Source: Macrostomum lignano (lineage: Eukaryota). Taken from it: a stretch of DNA of 64,000 bases. Below the pieces are notes generated by a model. That model searched no databases and was not told where the DNA came from. It saw only the letters and a list, made by a program, of their open reading frames with translations. The stretch covers positions 105,108-169,107 of the forward strand of contig NIVC01002485.1 in NCBI GenBank assembly GCA_002269645.1, in the 5' to 3' direction. The first letter of the stretch is position 1. Each line of letters opens with the position of its first letter. The position numbers were made by a program, and so were the translations under genes. Below are positions 12,196 to 26,420 of the stretch, one piece after another.

Positions 12196-13769
12196 TTGTT
12201 GCAGGGCTGAAAGAACCTCAGGTATTTGGTCCTACTGGCTCAAGCAGTTGATACTACGAGCAGAAATGCATTGCTTCTGGCAGCACGCGTCATTGTCCAG
12301 CGCTGATTTTGAGTCACTCATCAAGGACCAGGCCAATGCCACAGGCCAACAGGTTGCAATGCAAACACGGAGCCCCTGGCGGCGACTTCAAAGAGCAAGC
12401 AGTCTATACATGTATTGGGGAACATTTTGCATAGAAAAACAGAGTCAGGCAAAAATGACAATTTCAAATTCCCATCAGCGGGCCACCTTCTTTTCTCAGT
12501 GTGCAGGGCAAATTGGGACTGGCACGACCTCATGTACCTGCGGCAAACGCTTTATAATAGAGCCTGCTGGTCCGGCTCCTTTCGCTTGCCATGTCTGTCT
12601 CGGCCGCATGTCTAGCGTTGACACAAACTGCGCCTGGCCCAGTAACCGCGTGTTGCCTTTCAGTTTCCTAAGCTGCTCCGCTTTTTAGAGAGTGGGAGAG
12701 GCCCGAAGGCAGACTAAGGGTGCAGTACATTTTCCCCCTGTCTGTTTCTGCCGCTCCTGCTGCCTCTCTCCTTCTGAAGCGCGTTTGCTTTGAAATTTTT
12801 GCTTGGAGGAACCGTTTGGGGCCTGGGGCGGGACCGGAGCTAGGAAAGTTTTCCACGGATGATCGCTTTTGCAACGCTCCCCGCGCCTTGCCCGAACTGC
12901 CGTTCCAGTGAACGCCGCCGCCTCCGCGTCATCCATCACTGCAGCTGACCATCATTTTCCCCATAGCAACTGCCCGACCCCAGCAACACTGACCCCTAGC
13001 TCTATGAATTCCACTTTTGCCTCTCACGTGCACAAGATGAATTCCACCGACTATAACTTGTAGAAGAGGGGGGTGGGCGGTCTTAGCGATGCGATATCGC
13101 CATTCAAGGTGCGCTTAAATCAATTCCAGAGAGATAAGAGTTAATAAGAAGTCAATTTGTACAGCACGTGTGAAGGGCCGTCTGTACTAATCTATCTCAA
13201 AAAACCGCATTTTCAGACAACTGTAGGCATTTTACTGAGCTTAGCATTTTGAGCAGTAGCCAATGATTTACAGTATTTACAGTATTTTACAGAAATAGTT
13301 GAATGCACTAAACGTCATTAGAAATGATAATTTTTAGATTCGCCGCAGTATTAGTCAGTTAGCCTACAGTTGTCCGCAAAATGACTGTATGAAAAATAAA
13401 TAATAAAACTCACAAAAGTGCACAAAACTTCCGCCATGATCTTGGCTGATGTGATCGTGTCTAGAGAAGTGCATCATATAGCACTCCCCTCCATACACCT
13501 TCCCTTCCTCCCGGCATTTCGGACACTCGTGGCACTCCAATCTAGATATTCGGACTCGAGCTTCTCGGAGCAGAAAGTCGCCAGCGCGAGGCCTTTGGAT
13601 GGATACCAAACCCTCGGGCCACTTCATCCGCTAAAGTCCACTTACGGTAGCCGCGTGCTGCTGAGATATTTGATTTGTCTGTCCAGTGCTCCATCTACAT
13701 GCTTAGCTATAGATATGAAATATTGTCTTTCTTGGAAATAGAGATTAGGGCCTGGGATAAACTGTGCCC

Positions 13770-14805
13770 TACTTGTTACTGTTGCTGCCTGCTTACCTGC
13801 TGATTGTGTCTAATTGGGTTGCTGCCTGCTTACCTGCTGATTGTGTCTAATTGGGTTGCTGCCTGCTTACCTGCTGATTGTGTCTAATTGGGTTGCTATC
13901 TGCTTACCTGCTGATTGTGTCTAATTGGGTTGCTACCTGCTTACCTGCTGATTGTGTCTAATTGGGTTGCTACCTGCTTACCTGCTGATTGTGTCTAATT
14001 GGGTTGCTACCTGCTTACCTGCTGATTGTGTCTAATTGGGTCGGTACCTGCTTACTGACTGTGTCTAATTGGGTTGCTACCTGCTTACTGACTGTGTCTA
14101 ATTGGGTTGCTATCTGCTTCTGACTGGGTCTAATTAGGTCGCTACCTGCTTACTGACTGTGTCTAATTAGGTTGCTACCTGCTTACTGACTGGGTCTAAT
14201 TGGGTTGCTACCTGCTTCTGACTGGGTCTAATTGGGTTGCTACCTGCTTACTGACTGTGTCTAATTGGGTTGCTACCTGCTTACTGACTGTGTCTAATTG
14301 GGTTGCTACCTGCTTACTGACTGTGTCTAATTAGGTTGCTTACTGACTGTGTCTAATTGGGTTGCTACCTGCTTACTGACTGTGTCTAATTGGGTTGCTA
14401 CCTGCTTACTGACTGGGTCTAATTGGGTCGCTACCTGCTTACTGACTGTGTCTAATTGGGTTGCTACCTGCTTACTGACTGTGTCTAATTGGGTTGCTAC
14501 CTGCTTACTGACTGTGTCTAATTGGGTTGCTACCTGCTTACTGACTGTGTCTAATTAGGTTTCTTACTGACTGTGTCTAATTAGGTTGCTTACTGACTGT
14601 GTCTAATTGGGTTGCTACCTGCTTACTGACTGTGTCTAATTGGGTTGCTACCTGCTTACTGACTGTGTCTAATTGGGTTGCTACCTGCTTACTGACTGGG
14701 TCTAATTGGGTTGCTACCTGCTTACTGACTGGGTCTAATTGGGTTGCTACCTGCTTACTGGCTGTGTCTAATTGGGTCGCTACCTGCTTCTGACTGGGTC
14801 TAATT
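13770..14805. repeat. Minisatellite, 37-bp unit grading into a 33-bp unit (CTAATTGGGTTGCTACCTGCTTAC...)
   Basis: Left copies 37 bp, right copies 33 bp. Confidence 0.93.
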
Positions 14806-15429
14806 CGAAAAAAAGTGACAAAAAATCAATATTCGATATGAAACAATCGAAATAGCAAAAACGCTTCAGTGAAAACCGTTGGTTTGCACTGTCGAAATCG
14901 AATAAGTTAAACTGGTACCGCAGTACCAACTGGGCTACTATATCCTTACAAAGCGCTACAAGCCCTTTCCTTGTGTGCGCTGGCCTTATAGGGGAGACCA
15001 GCTGGTCTTATGCGGGAAATCACAAGGATTTGTGCGAATGCTCATGCTCATGAGAATCCAGATTAAAGGCTGGTCATAATACTCGCTAGTCAGCGGAATT
15101 AATTCTAATTTGTGGCTGGCAGACCCGTAAAACATGGAAGCGAGGTCCGGATCATGAAAAATGTATTGAGCCTAACGGATTAGGAGTTAACTGGAGTGTG
15201 TACTTTAATATTTGATATATACTTTTGTTAATGGGTGACCACTAGAATGCACAAATCAGATAAGGAGAGCTAAAAAATATAAATTACTGATGAAGCACCA
15301 TGGCCGACGAAAAATGAAGACGAGTTCAGTCGGTTGAGAAAGTAGGATGGAAAATAATGAATATTGATCTGAGGAAGCGATGGTCAGTACAGATCAGTTC
15401 TGATGGCAACAGGTCTGAGCCTCTCACCC

Positions 15430-16315
15430 TCTCCTGTTTTCTATCTGTCCTGTGTCTGTCTCCTATCTGTCCAGTGTCTGTCTCCTATCTGTCCTGTGTC
15501 TGTCTTCTATCTGTCCTGTGTCTGTCTCCTATCTGTCCAGTGTCTGTCTCCTATCTGTCCGGTGTCTGTCTCCTATCTGTCCAGTGTCTGTCTCCTGTCT
15601 GTCCAGTGTCTGTCTCCTATCTGTCCAGTGTCTGTCTCCTATCTGTCCAGTGTCTGTCTCCTATCTGTCCAGTGTCTGTCTCCTGTCTGTCCAGTGTCTG
15701 TCTCCTATCTGTCCAGTGTCTGTCTCCTATCTGTCCGGTGTCTGTCTCCTATCTGTCCAGTGTCTGTCTCCTGTCTGTCCAGTGTCTGTCTCCTATCTGT
15801 CCAGTGTCTGTCTCCTATCTGTCCAGTGTCTGTCTCCTATCTGTCCAGTGTCTGTCTCCTATCTGTCCAGTGTCTGTCTCCTGTCTGTCCAGTGTCTGTC
15901 TCCTATCTGTCCAGTGTCTGTCTCCTATCTGTCCAGTGTCTGTCTCCTATCTGTCCAGTGTCTGTCTCCTATCTGTCCAGTGTCTGTCTCCTGTCTGTCC
16001 AGTGTCTGTCTCCTATCTGTCCAGTGTCTGTCTCCTATCTGTCCAGTGTCTGTCTCCTATCTGTCCAGTGTCTGTCTCCTATCTGTCCAGTGTCTGTCTC
16101 CTATCTGTCCAGTGTCTGTCTCCTATCTGTCCAGTGTCTGTCTCCTATCTGTCCAGTGTCTGTCTCCTGTCTGTCCAGTGTCTGTCTCCTATCTGTCCAG
16201 TGTCTGTCTCCTATCTGTCCAGTGTCTGTCTCCTGTCTGTCCAGTGTCTGTCTCCTATCTGTCCAGTGTCTGTCTCCTATCTGTCCAGTGTCTGTCTCCT
16301 ATCTATCTCCCACCT
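15430..16315. repeat. Minisatellite, 22-bp unit CTGTCTCCTATCTGTCCAGTGT
   Basis: About 40 units. Confidence 0.95.
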
Positions 16316-17309
16316 GTCTCCTATCCATCTCCCTCTATATTAATCCATATCCCACCAGTCGTTACCTTCTCTCTTTCTCTACCTCCCTCTCTCTCCCCTT
16401 CTCAGCATCAGTCTCCAACTCAGTATCGGACCCACAATCTCATCGAGGTATATCGAGGTATTTTCAGCCTCGATCAGTAAACAGTGCCCAGTGGCCGCAC
16501 TTCTGATTTGCCTACTGGCTTATATTCGACTTATATTTCTTCTTCTAGAACGTTTATAGATGCCACCAAATTTATGGCTAATCGATAGCAGCTACCATGA
16601 ACCTCGGCCTTTATCGCACAGTGCAGTATTTGAGCCGCCGCCTCGGTCTATTATTAGTTACCGACTGGCACTGTGACACTATCCTTATAGATATGCATTA
16701 ATAATTTATATTCATATTGATATGCAAAGCTTCACTCACCTGTTTATCCAGACCAATAAAAGGCGTTATGCTTTTTTGTTTTAAAAATAAAATTAATCCT
16801 ACTTGAATTAACTAAACAGCTCAGAATGGAGACTCAGAATGGTTGGCCCTAACTATTTGTAGTCACTAAGGCAGCGAGCGCCAAGCGTAGCCCTGCTGTC
16901 ATTGGACAGAACCGGGACAGCAAGCTGCCAGATGCGCGCCTGCTGCTGGGCCAATGGCGCCAGGCGCGCATCTTGTACTAAGAAGGAGAAAAACAAGTTT
17001 TGGTGTGAACCGTGTGAAGCTTAAAAAATACGGCTGCTTGTTGATCTATCTGTATTTGTTGTTGGAATTTCTAATTTCCTTAGGTTGCAGAAGCTGTACT
17101 AGAAAAAGATAAATTTACCGTTCGGCTTGTAAAGTAAACAAAAGCAATGCAGTACATGTAAGACCTCTAACTTTGGGTGCTAGTTCGTGTTTCTGATTAA
17201 TTTTCCCGAATAACAGATAAAAATCGCTGGTGTGTTTTCTATCTGGCAAGGCTGCAGAGAATTTTACAGAAAATCACGGCGCGAATCTGGATGAGGGGCA
17301 GAAAAAAGA

Positions 17310-18295
17310 GTGGGGCTCAGGTCTCTATAGTTGGGGCTCAGGTCTCTATAGTTGGGGCTCAGGTCTCTATAGTTGGGGCTCAGGTCTCTATAGTTGGGGC
17401 TCAGGTCTCTATAGTTGGGGCTCAGGTCTCTATAGTTGGGGCTCAGGTCTCTATAGTTGGGGCTCAGGTCTCTATAGTTGGGGCTCAGGTCTCTATAGTT
17501 GGGGCTCAGGTCTCTATAGTTGGGGCTCAGGTCTCTATAGTTGGGGCTCAGGTCTCTATAGTTGGGGCTCAGGTCTCTATAGTTGGGGCTTAGATCTCTA
17601 TAGTTGGGGCTCAGGTCTCTATAGTTGGGGCTCAGGTCTCTATAGTTGGGGCTCAGGTCTCTATAGTTGGGGCTCAGGTCTCTATAGTTGGGGCTCAGGT
17701 CTCTATAGTTGGGGCTCAGATCTCTATAGTTGGGGCTCAGGTCTCTATAGTTGGGGCTCAGGTCTCTATAGTTGGGGCTCAGATCTCTATAGTTGGGGCT
17801 CAGGTCTCTATAGTTGGGGCTCAGGTCTCTATAGTTGGGGCTCAGGTCTCTATAGTTGGGGCTCAGGTCTCTATAGTTGGGGCTCAGGTCTCTATAGTTG
17901 GGGCTCAGGTCTCTATAGTTGGGGCTCAGGTCTCTATAGTTGGGGCTTAGGTCTCTATAGTTGGGGCTTAGGTCTCTATAGTTGGGGCTCAGGTCTCTAT
18001 AGTTGGGGCTCAGGTCTCTATAGTTGGGGCTCAGGTCTCTATAGTTGGGGCTCAGGTCTCTATAGTTGGGGCTCAGGTCTCTATAGTTGGGGCTCAGGTC
18101 TCTATAGTTGGGGCTCAGGTCTCTATAGTTGGGGCTCAGGTCTCTATAGTTGGGGCTTAGATCTCTATAGTTGGGGCTCAGATCTCTATAGTTGGGGCTT
18201 AGATCTCTATAGTTGGGGCTCAGGTCTCTATAGTTGAGGCTTAGATCTCTATAGTTGGGGCTTAGATCTCTATAGTTGGGGCTTAGATCTTTATA
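17310..18295. repeat. Minisatellite, 21-bp unit GGGGCTCAGGTCTCTATAGTT
   Basis: About 46 units; gives the (WGSGLYS)n ORF. Confidence 0.96.
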
Positions 18296-18827
18296 GTTGA
18301 AACAAAGGAAAGGGACAAAATTGAAGCTAGCGACAGAGATGGTGGAAAAAGGGCGGAGAGAGGGCGGAGAGAGGGCGGAGAGAGGGCGGAGAGAGGGTGA
18401 AGAGGCAAGGAGAAAGAGGGAAGGAGCCCGAGAAGCGCAATTAACAGAAAGTGGAAATTGAGCAAGGCAAATGAGAGAAGTTCTTCCTGTAGAAATTTGA
18501 ATGAAAGGACAGGTGAACAGATTTGTGAGCTACAGAAAGCGGATTTTTAACAATTGAATTCCTCAGTTCACTTTTAAAGAAGCCTCACGAAGATTCGCAA
18601 AGTGGACTTGACCGAGTGAAGCCGAAGTGAATTCTATTGACTGGCTTCGGAGAGAACTTAATGCTCAAACAGTTTAGCGAAATCACTGATCGCAACCAGA
18701 GTCCCGATGGTGCTATGCTTTTGCCAGCAGCCTTAAAGTCTGATGCGGCTGAAGCAGTGGACAAAAAGTGCGCCCCTTCGAGGAATGACTGTACTTTTTG
18801 CAAATTGACCTATTCAGTCAGACTAAT

Positions 18828-19420
18828 GACAGGATCAGTCATAACAGAATCAGTCATAACAGAATCAGTCATAAAAGAATCAGTCATAACAGAATCAGTC
18901 ATAACAGAATCAGTCATAAAAGAATCAGTCATAACAGAATCAGTCATAAAAGAATCAGTCATAAGAGAATCAGTCATAGCAGATTCAAGTCATAACAGAA
19001 TCAGTCATAACAGAATCAGTCATAACAGAATCAGTCATAACAGAATCAGTCATAACAGAATCAGTCATAAGAGAATCAGTCATAACAGAATCAGTCATAA
19101 CAGAATCAGTCATAACAGAATCAGTCATAACAGAATCAGTCATAACAGAATCAGTCATAACAGAATCAGTCATAACAGAATCAGTCATAACAGAATCAGT
19201 CATAACAGAATCAGTCATAACAGAATCAGTCATAACAGAATCAGTCATAACAGAATCAGTCATAAGAGAATCAGTCATAACAGAATCAGTCATAACAGAA
19301 TCAGTCATAACAGAATCAGTCATAACAGAATCAGTCATAACAGAATCAGTCATAACAGAATCGTCAAGATTTCGGCAGAGCAAACAGAACCAGTCATAAC
19401 GAAACCAGTCATAAGATTCA
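18828..19420. repeat. Minisatellite, 15-bp unit CAGTCATAACAGAAT
   Basis: About 35 units. Confidence 0.95.
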
Positions 19421-20574
19421 TAGCTAGGTACTGTTCTCATAACACTATTTAGCCCAGAACAGAAATACCACGTGTTGTCAGTCCCTGTCTCCAATATTAT
19501 CCCACATTGGAGCAGATATTCTTTCGAAACCCCCCTCCCCCAAATTCGAAGCCGCTGATCGATGGCCGGCCATTCGCCAGCCGGACACCTGGCAGATCCT
19601 CTATTCGTCTCAGTTTTCCAATCCCAAAGAAACGAAGAGCACAGTGAAAAGGAGCATTTCAAGGTCTCGCCTACCCCGAGAAGCAGAAAGCATCTCAGTG
19701 CCAAATACTGTTATGAAGGGAAGAGGGGAGGAGAGAAGAAGGCATACGAGAGATGCAGCTCGTCGTAAACAGCCTGCTCAAATATCTGCAAGGGTGCTCA
19801 CGAGGTCCTTTGTGTGTGTTTTGCACCAGCCACCCAGCCTGACGCCTACCAGACTCTGCCGATGTTGTCTCCAACGCACCTTTGCATTGACACTGGCAGC
19901 CTGTTATTTGCAGTGTTTGAGAATTTCTTTTGTACTCGCGCAGCCTGCTTGGGCTTGGGCGGCCCCAGAGGAAGAATTGTCTTCCCCAGGTGACAGCCGG
20001 GGGGCACGGGAGGCTGTCAATAAGCGGGGAATATTTTCTGCAAGCGGCTCAGTGAACGCGCTCCCGGTGATGACCTAATAAGGCAATCTCACTGCGATGC
20101 TTGGCAGAGCGGGATTGGCGTCTCCATCAGCCACCCTTTCAAGAAGGTGTTGATAAAATATTCCGCGGAATAGAGGCAGAGAAGCACCTGGCCTGTGACT
20201 AAAGTAAAATCGATCACCTCTCTGTGTGTGTTTTCAAGCTCCTTGTTGCTGCAGCTGGTACTTGAGGAATTCTGTTTATCAGCTTTCAAAAGCTGTCAGA
20301 TGTTAGCTATCGATCAGGCCAAGCATCTTCAATCAATACTTGGAGTATTTAGTTACTTACCTGTGTCTGCCAGTTCTCCAGACACGGGTGCTGCCACCAA
20401 CACATTTCTATTTTTAGAAGAAAACTTGAAAACACTGTCAACATAAAAGAGAACGTCTTCTGAAAGAATTGCTAAAAATAGATTTTTGGAACTACGAAAA
20501 CAATGTCTTTTGCAAATAGAACTTTCAAACACTACAGGCCTTCGTGTCCTGCTCATCACCTGAGGACCATCTTT

Positions 20575-21770
20575 AGAATCCTGTCTGACTCTCTCTAGAG
20601 TAGTCTCTGACTCTCTCCAGAATCCTGACTCTCTCCAGAATCCTGTCTGACTCTCTCTAGAGTAGTCTCTGACTCTCTCCAGAATCCTGACTCTCTCCAG
20701 AATCCTGTCTGACTCTCTCTAGAGTAGTCTCTGACTCTCTCTAGAGTAGTCTCTGACTCTCTCCAGAATCCTGACTCTCTCCAGAATCCTGTCTGACTCT
20801 CCAGAATCCTGACTCTCTCCAGAATCCTGTCTGACTCTCTCTAGAGTAGTCTCTGACTCTCTCTAGAGTAGTCTCTGACTCTCTCCAGAATCCTGACTCT
20901 CTCCAGAATCCTGTCTGACTCTCTCTAGAGTAGTCTCTGACTCTCTCTAGAGTAGTCTCTGACTCTCTCCAGAATCCTGACTCTCTCCAGAATCCTGTCT
21001 GACTCTCTCTAGAGTAGTCTCTGACTCTCTCTAGAGTAGTCTCTGACTCTCTCCAGAATCCTGACTCTCTCCAGAATCCTGTCTGACTCTCCAGAATCCT
21101 GACTCTCTCCAGAATCCTGTCTGACTCTCCAGAATCCTGACTCTCTCCAGAATCCTGTCTGACTCTCTCCAGAACCCTGTCTCACTCTCTCCAGAATCCT
21201 GTCTCACTCTCTCCAGAATCCTGTCTGACTCTCTGCAGAATCCTGACTCTCTCCAGAATCCTGACTGACTCTCCAGAATCCTGTCTGACTCTCTTCAGAA
21301 TCCTGTCTGACTCTCTCCAGAATCCTGACTCTCTCCAGAATCCTGTCTGACTCTCTCCAGAACCCTGTCTCACTCTCTCCAGAATCCTGTCTGACTCTCT
21401 CCAGAATCCTGTCTGACTCTCTCCAGAATCCTGTCTGACTCTCTCCAGAATCCTGTCTGACTCTCTCCAGAATCCTGTCTGACTCTCTTCAGAATCCTGT
21501 CTGACTCTCTCCAGAATCCTGTCTGACTCTCTCCAGAATCCTGTCTGACTCTCTCCAGAATCCTGTCTGACTCTCTCCAGAATCCTGTCTGACTCTCTTC
21601 AGTAGTCTCTGGCTCTTTCTAGAATCCTGACTCTCTCCAGAATCCTGTCTGACTCTCTTCAGAATCCTGTCTGACTCTCTTCAGAATCCTGTCTGACTCT
21701 CTCCAGAATCCTGACTCTCTCCAGAATCCTGTCTGACTCTCTCCAGAACCCTGTCTCACTCTCTCCCTGA
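20575..21770. repeat. Compound minisatellite, 18/22-bp units (CTCTCTCCAGAATCCTGTCTGA, CTCTCTCTAGAGTAGTCTCTGA)
   Basis: Interleaved variant units. Confidence 0.93.
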
Positions 21771-22279
21771 CTCTACTCAAAATCATCCTCCTCTTTTTTG
21801 TTTTTATTTGCGTTTTTCAAATTGTTAGATACCGAAATGAAAAAAGTATATTATAAAGCATTTTTATTGCTAGAAAAGATACACTCATATCAGCATCTGT
21901 TCTACTAGCAGTAGGATTTTAGTAAATTTATAACAAACAATTTTCACTGAAAAGCAAACTCAATTTAATGAAACGCTCTCAGCCACGCAAAAAACGGTTA
22001 GCAATGCTTGGTACTCAGTAGAAGGGCTTTGACATTCAATTTATTGATACAGGCATTTAAACATTACCACTTATTATAATTTCACATTGTTAATTTTGAT
22101 ACTTATAACAATTTTACAAATCCCTTAACCACACTGACAGATTCTGTGAGAGTCTGCTGTGCCACATAAAAAATAAATTCATGACGGCCATTAGGGTCGT
22201 GAGTACGAGCTGAGCAAGCAAATGACAAGGGTTCTTTATAACACAGAAACAGGGAGAGAAGATTATCGAAAACAAGGGG

Positions 22280-23755
22280 GAGAGAGGACCATCAGGAACA
22301 GGGGAGAGAGGACCATGAGGAACAGAGGAGAGAGGATCATGAGGATCATCAGGAACAGGAGAGAGGATCATCAGGAACAGAGGAGAGAGGATCATCAGGA
22401 ACAGGGGAGAGAGGATCATCAGGAACAGGGGAGAGAGGATCATCAGGAACAGGGGAGAGAAGATCATCAGGAACAGGGGAGGGAGGATCATCAGGAACAG
22501 GGGAGAGAGGACCAGGAACAGAGGAGAGAGGACCATCAGGAACAGAGGAGAGAGGATCATCAGGAACAGGGGAGAGAGGATCATCAGGAACAGGAGAGAG
22601 GACCATCAGGAACAGAGGAGAGAGGATTATCAGGAACAGGGGAGAGAGGATCATCAGGAACAGGGGAGAGAGGATCATCAGGAACAGGGGAGAGAGGACC
22701 AGGAACAGAGGAGAGAGGACCAGGAACAGAGGAGAGAGGATCATCAGGAACAGGGGAGAGAGGACCAGGAACAGAGGAGAGAGGACCATCAGGAACAGAG
22801 GAGAGAGGACCATCAGGAACAGAGGAGAGAGGATCATCAGGAACAGGGGAGAGAGGATCATCAGGAACAGGGGAGAGAGGATCATCAGGAACAGGGGAGA
22901 GAGGACCAGGAACAGAGGAGAGAGGACCATCAGGAACAGAGGAGAGAGGATCATCAGGAACAGAGGAGAGAGGATCATCAGGAACAGAGGAGAGAGGACC
23001 ATCAGGAACAGAGGAGAGAGGATCATCAGGAACAGAGGAGAGAGGATCATCAGGAACAGGGGAGAGAGGATCATCAGGAACAGGGGAGAGAGGATCATCA
23101 GGAACAGGGGAGAGAGGATCATCAGGAACAGGGGAGAGAAGATCATCAGGAACAGGGGATAGAGGATCATCAGGAACAGGGGAGAGAGGACCAGGAACAG
23201 AGGAGAGAGGATCATCAGGAACAGGGGAGAGAGGATCATCAGGAACAGAGGAGAGAGGATCATCAGGAACAGGGAGAGAGGATCATCAGGAACAGGGGAG
23301 AGAGGATCATCAGGAACAGGGGAGAGAGGATCATCAGGAACAGAGGAGAGAGGATCATCAGGAACAGGGGAGAGAGGATCATCAGGAACAGGGGAGAGGA
23401 TCATCAGGAACAGGAGAGAGAGGATCATCAGGAACAGGAGAGAGAGGATCATCAGGAACAGGGGAGAGAGGATCATCAGGAACAGGGGAGAGAGGATCAT
23501 CAGGAACAGAGGAGAGAGGATCATCAGGAACAGGGGAGAGAGGATCATCAGGAACAGGGGAGAGGATCATCAGGAACAGGAGAGAGAGGATCATCAGGAA
23601 CAGGAGAGAGAGGATCATCAGGAACAGGAGAGAGAGGATCATCAGGAACAGGGGAGAGAGGATCATCAGGAACAGGAGAGAGAGGATCATCAGGAACAGG
23701 AGAGAGAGGATCATCAGGAACAGGAGAGAGAGGATCATCAGGAACAGGGGAGAGA
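22280..23755. repeat. Minisatellite, 24-bp unit GAGAGGATCATCAGGAACAGGGGA
   Basis: About 60 units with 21-24 bp variants. Confidence 0.95.
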
Positions 23756-24239
23756 ATTATCACGAGCTAAAAGTGCACAAACTTCACAAGATAGATACGC
23801 CAGTCCAGATGTGCGCACACTAAGCATTCGCACTTCAAGATGCATGGAACAGGTGCTCTAGACTTGGCTTAAATGCTCAGTGCCGGCATTAGAATTGAAA
23901 AATTCAACGCAAATTCTAATCATCTAGCAGACTAAAAAAGTGCAAACTATAAGCAGGATCTACAAGTTGATTAGTCACATACAAATTAGAGGGTATTGAT
24001 TTTTATAGAATTCAGTGGTTGCCTGTCGTCACAAACTTCATTAATAATTTCTATTAGTAAATTGGTACAATTAAAAAGTACACCGCAAACCAAGCATGCA
24101 GATATTTACAGGCCCCTGTGTATATTAATAACTGAAATATTTGTAAGCAGCAATTCGAAAACTTTAAGATACGGAAACAGCCACAGCAAAGATAGAAAAA
24201 ATACACGTGGCTCACTTTGTTAGAAAACATTTTAAACAG

Positions 24240-24610
24240 AAAGGGGAGGACAGGGGTAGAGAGGGAGGGAACAGGGGCAGAGAGGGAGGGAACAGGGCAG
24301 ACAGGGGCAGAGAGGGAGGGAACAGGGCAGACAGGGGCAGAGAGGGAGGGAACAGGGGCAGAGAGGGAGGGAACAGGGACAGAGAGGGAGGGAACAGGGC
24401 AGACAGGGGCAGAGAGGGAGGGAACAGGGGCAGAGAGGGGCAGAGAGGGAAGGAACAGGGGTAGACAGGGGCAGAGAGGGAGGGACAGGGGTAGAGAGGG
24501 AGGGAATAGGGGCAGAGAGGGAGGGACAGGGGGCAAAGAGGGAGGGGGCAGGGGGTAGAGAGGGAGGGACAGGGGGCAAAGAGGGAGGGGACAGGGGGTA
24601 GGGAGGGAGA
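24240..24610. repeat. Purine-rich minisatellite, about 21-bp unit ACAGGGGCAGAGAGGGAGGGA
   Basis: Tandem degenerate units. Confidence 0.88.
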
Positions 24611-24758
24611 AAAACAGTGGGATGACTGTAGAGGGCACAGTTGTATTGGGCGAGATTTAAAGAAAACAATACATGCAGGAGTCACAGGCGCTTTGCTTGC
24701 ACAGAAGAAGCAGCTGACTCAGCTCAATGCCAGTCAGGACAGGCAGCTGCAGTCCGGG

Positions 24759-25095
24759 TTAGAACACGCATCTGACTGCGGCAGCCACAGCAGCGCTGAC
24801 TGCAAGGATAGCAGACGACCTGCAGTTGGCAGTCCCGATGGCTCCGTTGCCGCGGTTGACCCGGCCGACGCTGGCCCCGTATTCGTTTGTCTGGCCGGTT
24901 TCGTATCGACTCGATGACGAAGCGACTTCGCCGCCGCCCGGCGAAGCGACGGCTGGGGACAGCTCAACGTAGCTGCAGGTGTCGGGCAGCAGGAGCGAGT
25001 AGTATCTGGTTACTAGGCGGATGCTGGAGCTGGGGCACAGATGTCGGTCGTTGAGTAGAAGACGCTCAACGCATTCGACTACTTTTCGTCGGTCT
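24759..25095 (-). CDS. Terminal exon of a Cys-rich helical, probably GPI-anchored extracellular protein
   Basis: Strong acceptor CTCCCTTTTCCCGCAG|A; open frame DRRKVVECVERLLLNDRHLC...NCRSSAILAVSAAVAAAVRCVF*; phase fits the donor at 27827. Confidence 0.6.
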
Positions 25096-25124
25096 CTGCG
25101 GGAAAAGGGAGCGTGTTGACATCC

Positions 25125-25680
25125 AATTACCTGCAGTGCTAATTACCTGCAGTGCTAATTACCTGCAGTGCTAATTACCTGCAGTGCTAATTACCTGCAG
25201 TGCTAATTACCTGCAGTGCTAATTACCTGCAGTGCTAATTACCTGCAGTGCTAATTACCTGCAGTGCTAATTACCTGCAGTGCTAATTACCTGCAGTGCT
25301 AATTACCTGCAGTGCTAATTACCTGCAGTGCTAATTACCTGCAGTGCTAATTACCTGCAGTGCTAATTACCTGCAGTGCTAATTACCTGCAGTGCTAATT
25401 ACCTGCAGTGCTAATTACCTGCAGTGCTAATTACCTGCAGTGCTAATTACCTGCAGTGCTAATTACCTGCAGTGCTAATTACCTGCAGTGCTAATTACCT
25501 GCAGTGCTAATTACCTGCAGTGCTAATTACCTGCAGCGCTAATTACCTGTTGTGCTAATTACCTGCAGTGCTAATTACCTGCAGTGCTAATTACCTGCAG
25601 CTCCAATTACCTGCGGTGCTAATTACCTGTTGTGCCAATTACCTGTTGTGCTAATTACCTGCAGTTCCAATTACCTGCAG
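25125..25680. repeat. Minisatellite, 16-bp unit AATTACCTGCAGTGCT
   Basis: Highly homogeneous array. Confidence 0.95.
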
Positions 25681-26420
25681 TGCCAACTAGCTACCTGCAG
25701 AGACAATTAGCTACCTGCAGAGACAATTAGCTACCTGTAGAGACAATTAGCTACCTGCAGAGACAATTAGCCAACTGCAGAGACAATTAACTACCTGTAG
25801 AGACAATTAGCTACCTACGGAGATAATTAGCTACCTTTAGAGACAATTAGCTACCTGTAGAGACAATTAGCTACCCGCAGAGACAATTAGCTATCTGCAG
25901 AGACAATTAGCTACCTGTAGAGACAATTAGCTACCTGTAGAGACAATTAGCTACCTGCAGAGACAATTAGCTACCTGCAGAGACAATTAGCTACCTGCAG
26001 AGACAATTAGCTACCTGTAGAGACAATTAACTACCTGCAGAGACAATTAGCTACCTGCATAGACAATTAGCTACCTGCAGAGATAATTAGCTACTTGCAG
26101 AGACAATTAGCTACCTGTAAATACAATTAGCTACCTGTAGAGACAATTAGCTACCTGCAGAGACAATTAGCTACCTGCAGAGACAATTAGCTACTTGCAG
26201 AGACAATTAGCTACCTGTAGAGACAATTAGCTACCTGTAGAGACAATTAGCTACTTGCAGAGACAATTAGCTACCTGCAGAGACAATTAGCTACCTGTAG
26301 AGACAATTAGCTACCTGTAGAGACAATTAGCTACCTGCAGAGACAATTAGCTACCTGCAGAGACAATTAGCTACCTGTAGAGACAATTAGCTACCTGTAG
26401 AGACAATTAGCTACCTGCAG
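25681..26420. repeat. Minisatellite, 20-bp unit AGCTACCTGCAGAGACAATT
   Basis: Abuts the 16-bp array and shares the AATT..TACCTGCAG core. Confidence 0.95.

Noticed and set aside
15357-23823. Long repetitive ORFs (VCLLSVQ, WGSGLYS, SHNRI, REDHQEQ)
   Set aside because: They coincide exactly with tandem arrays; no splice or codon evidence.
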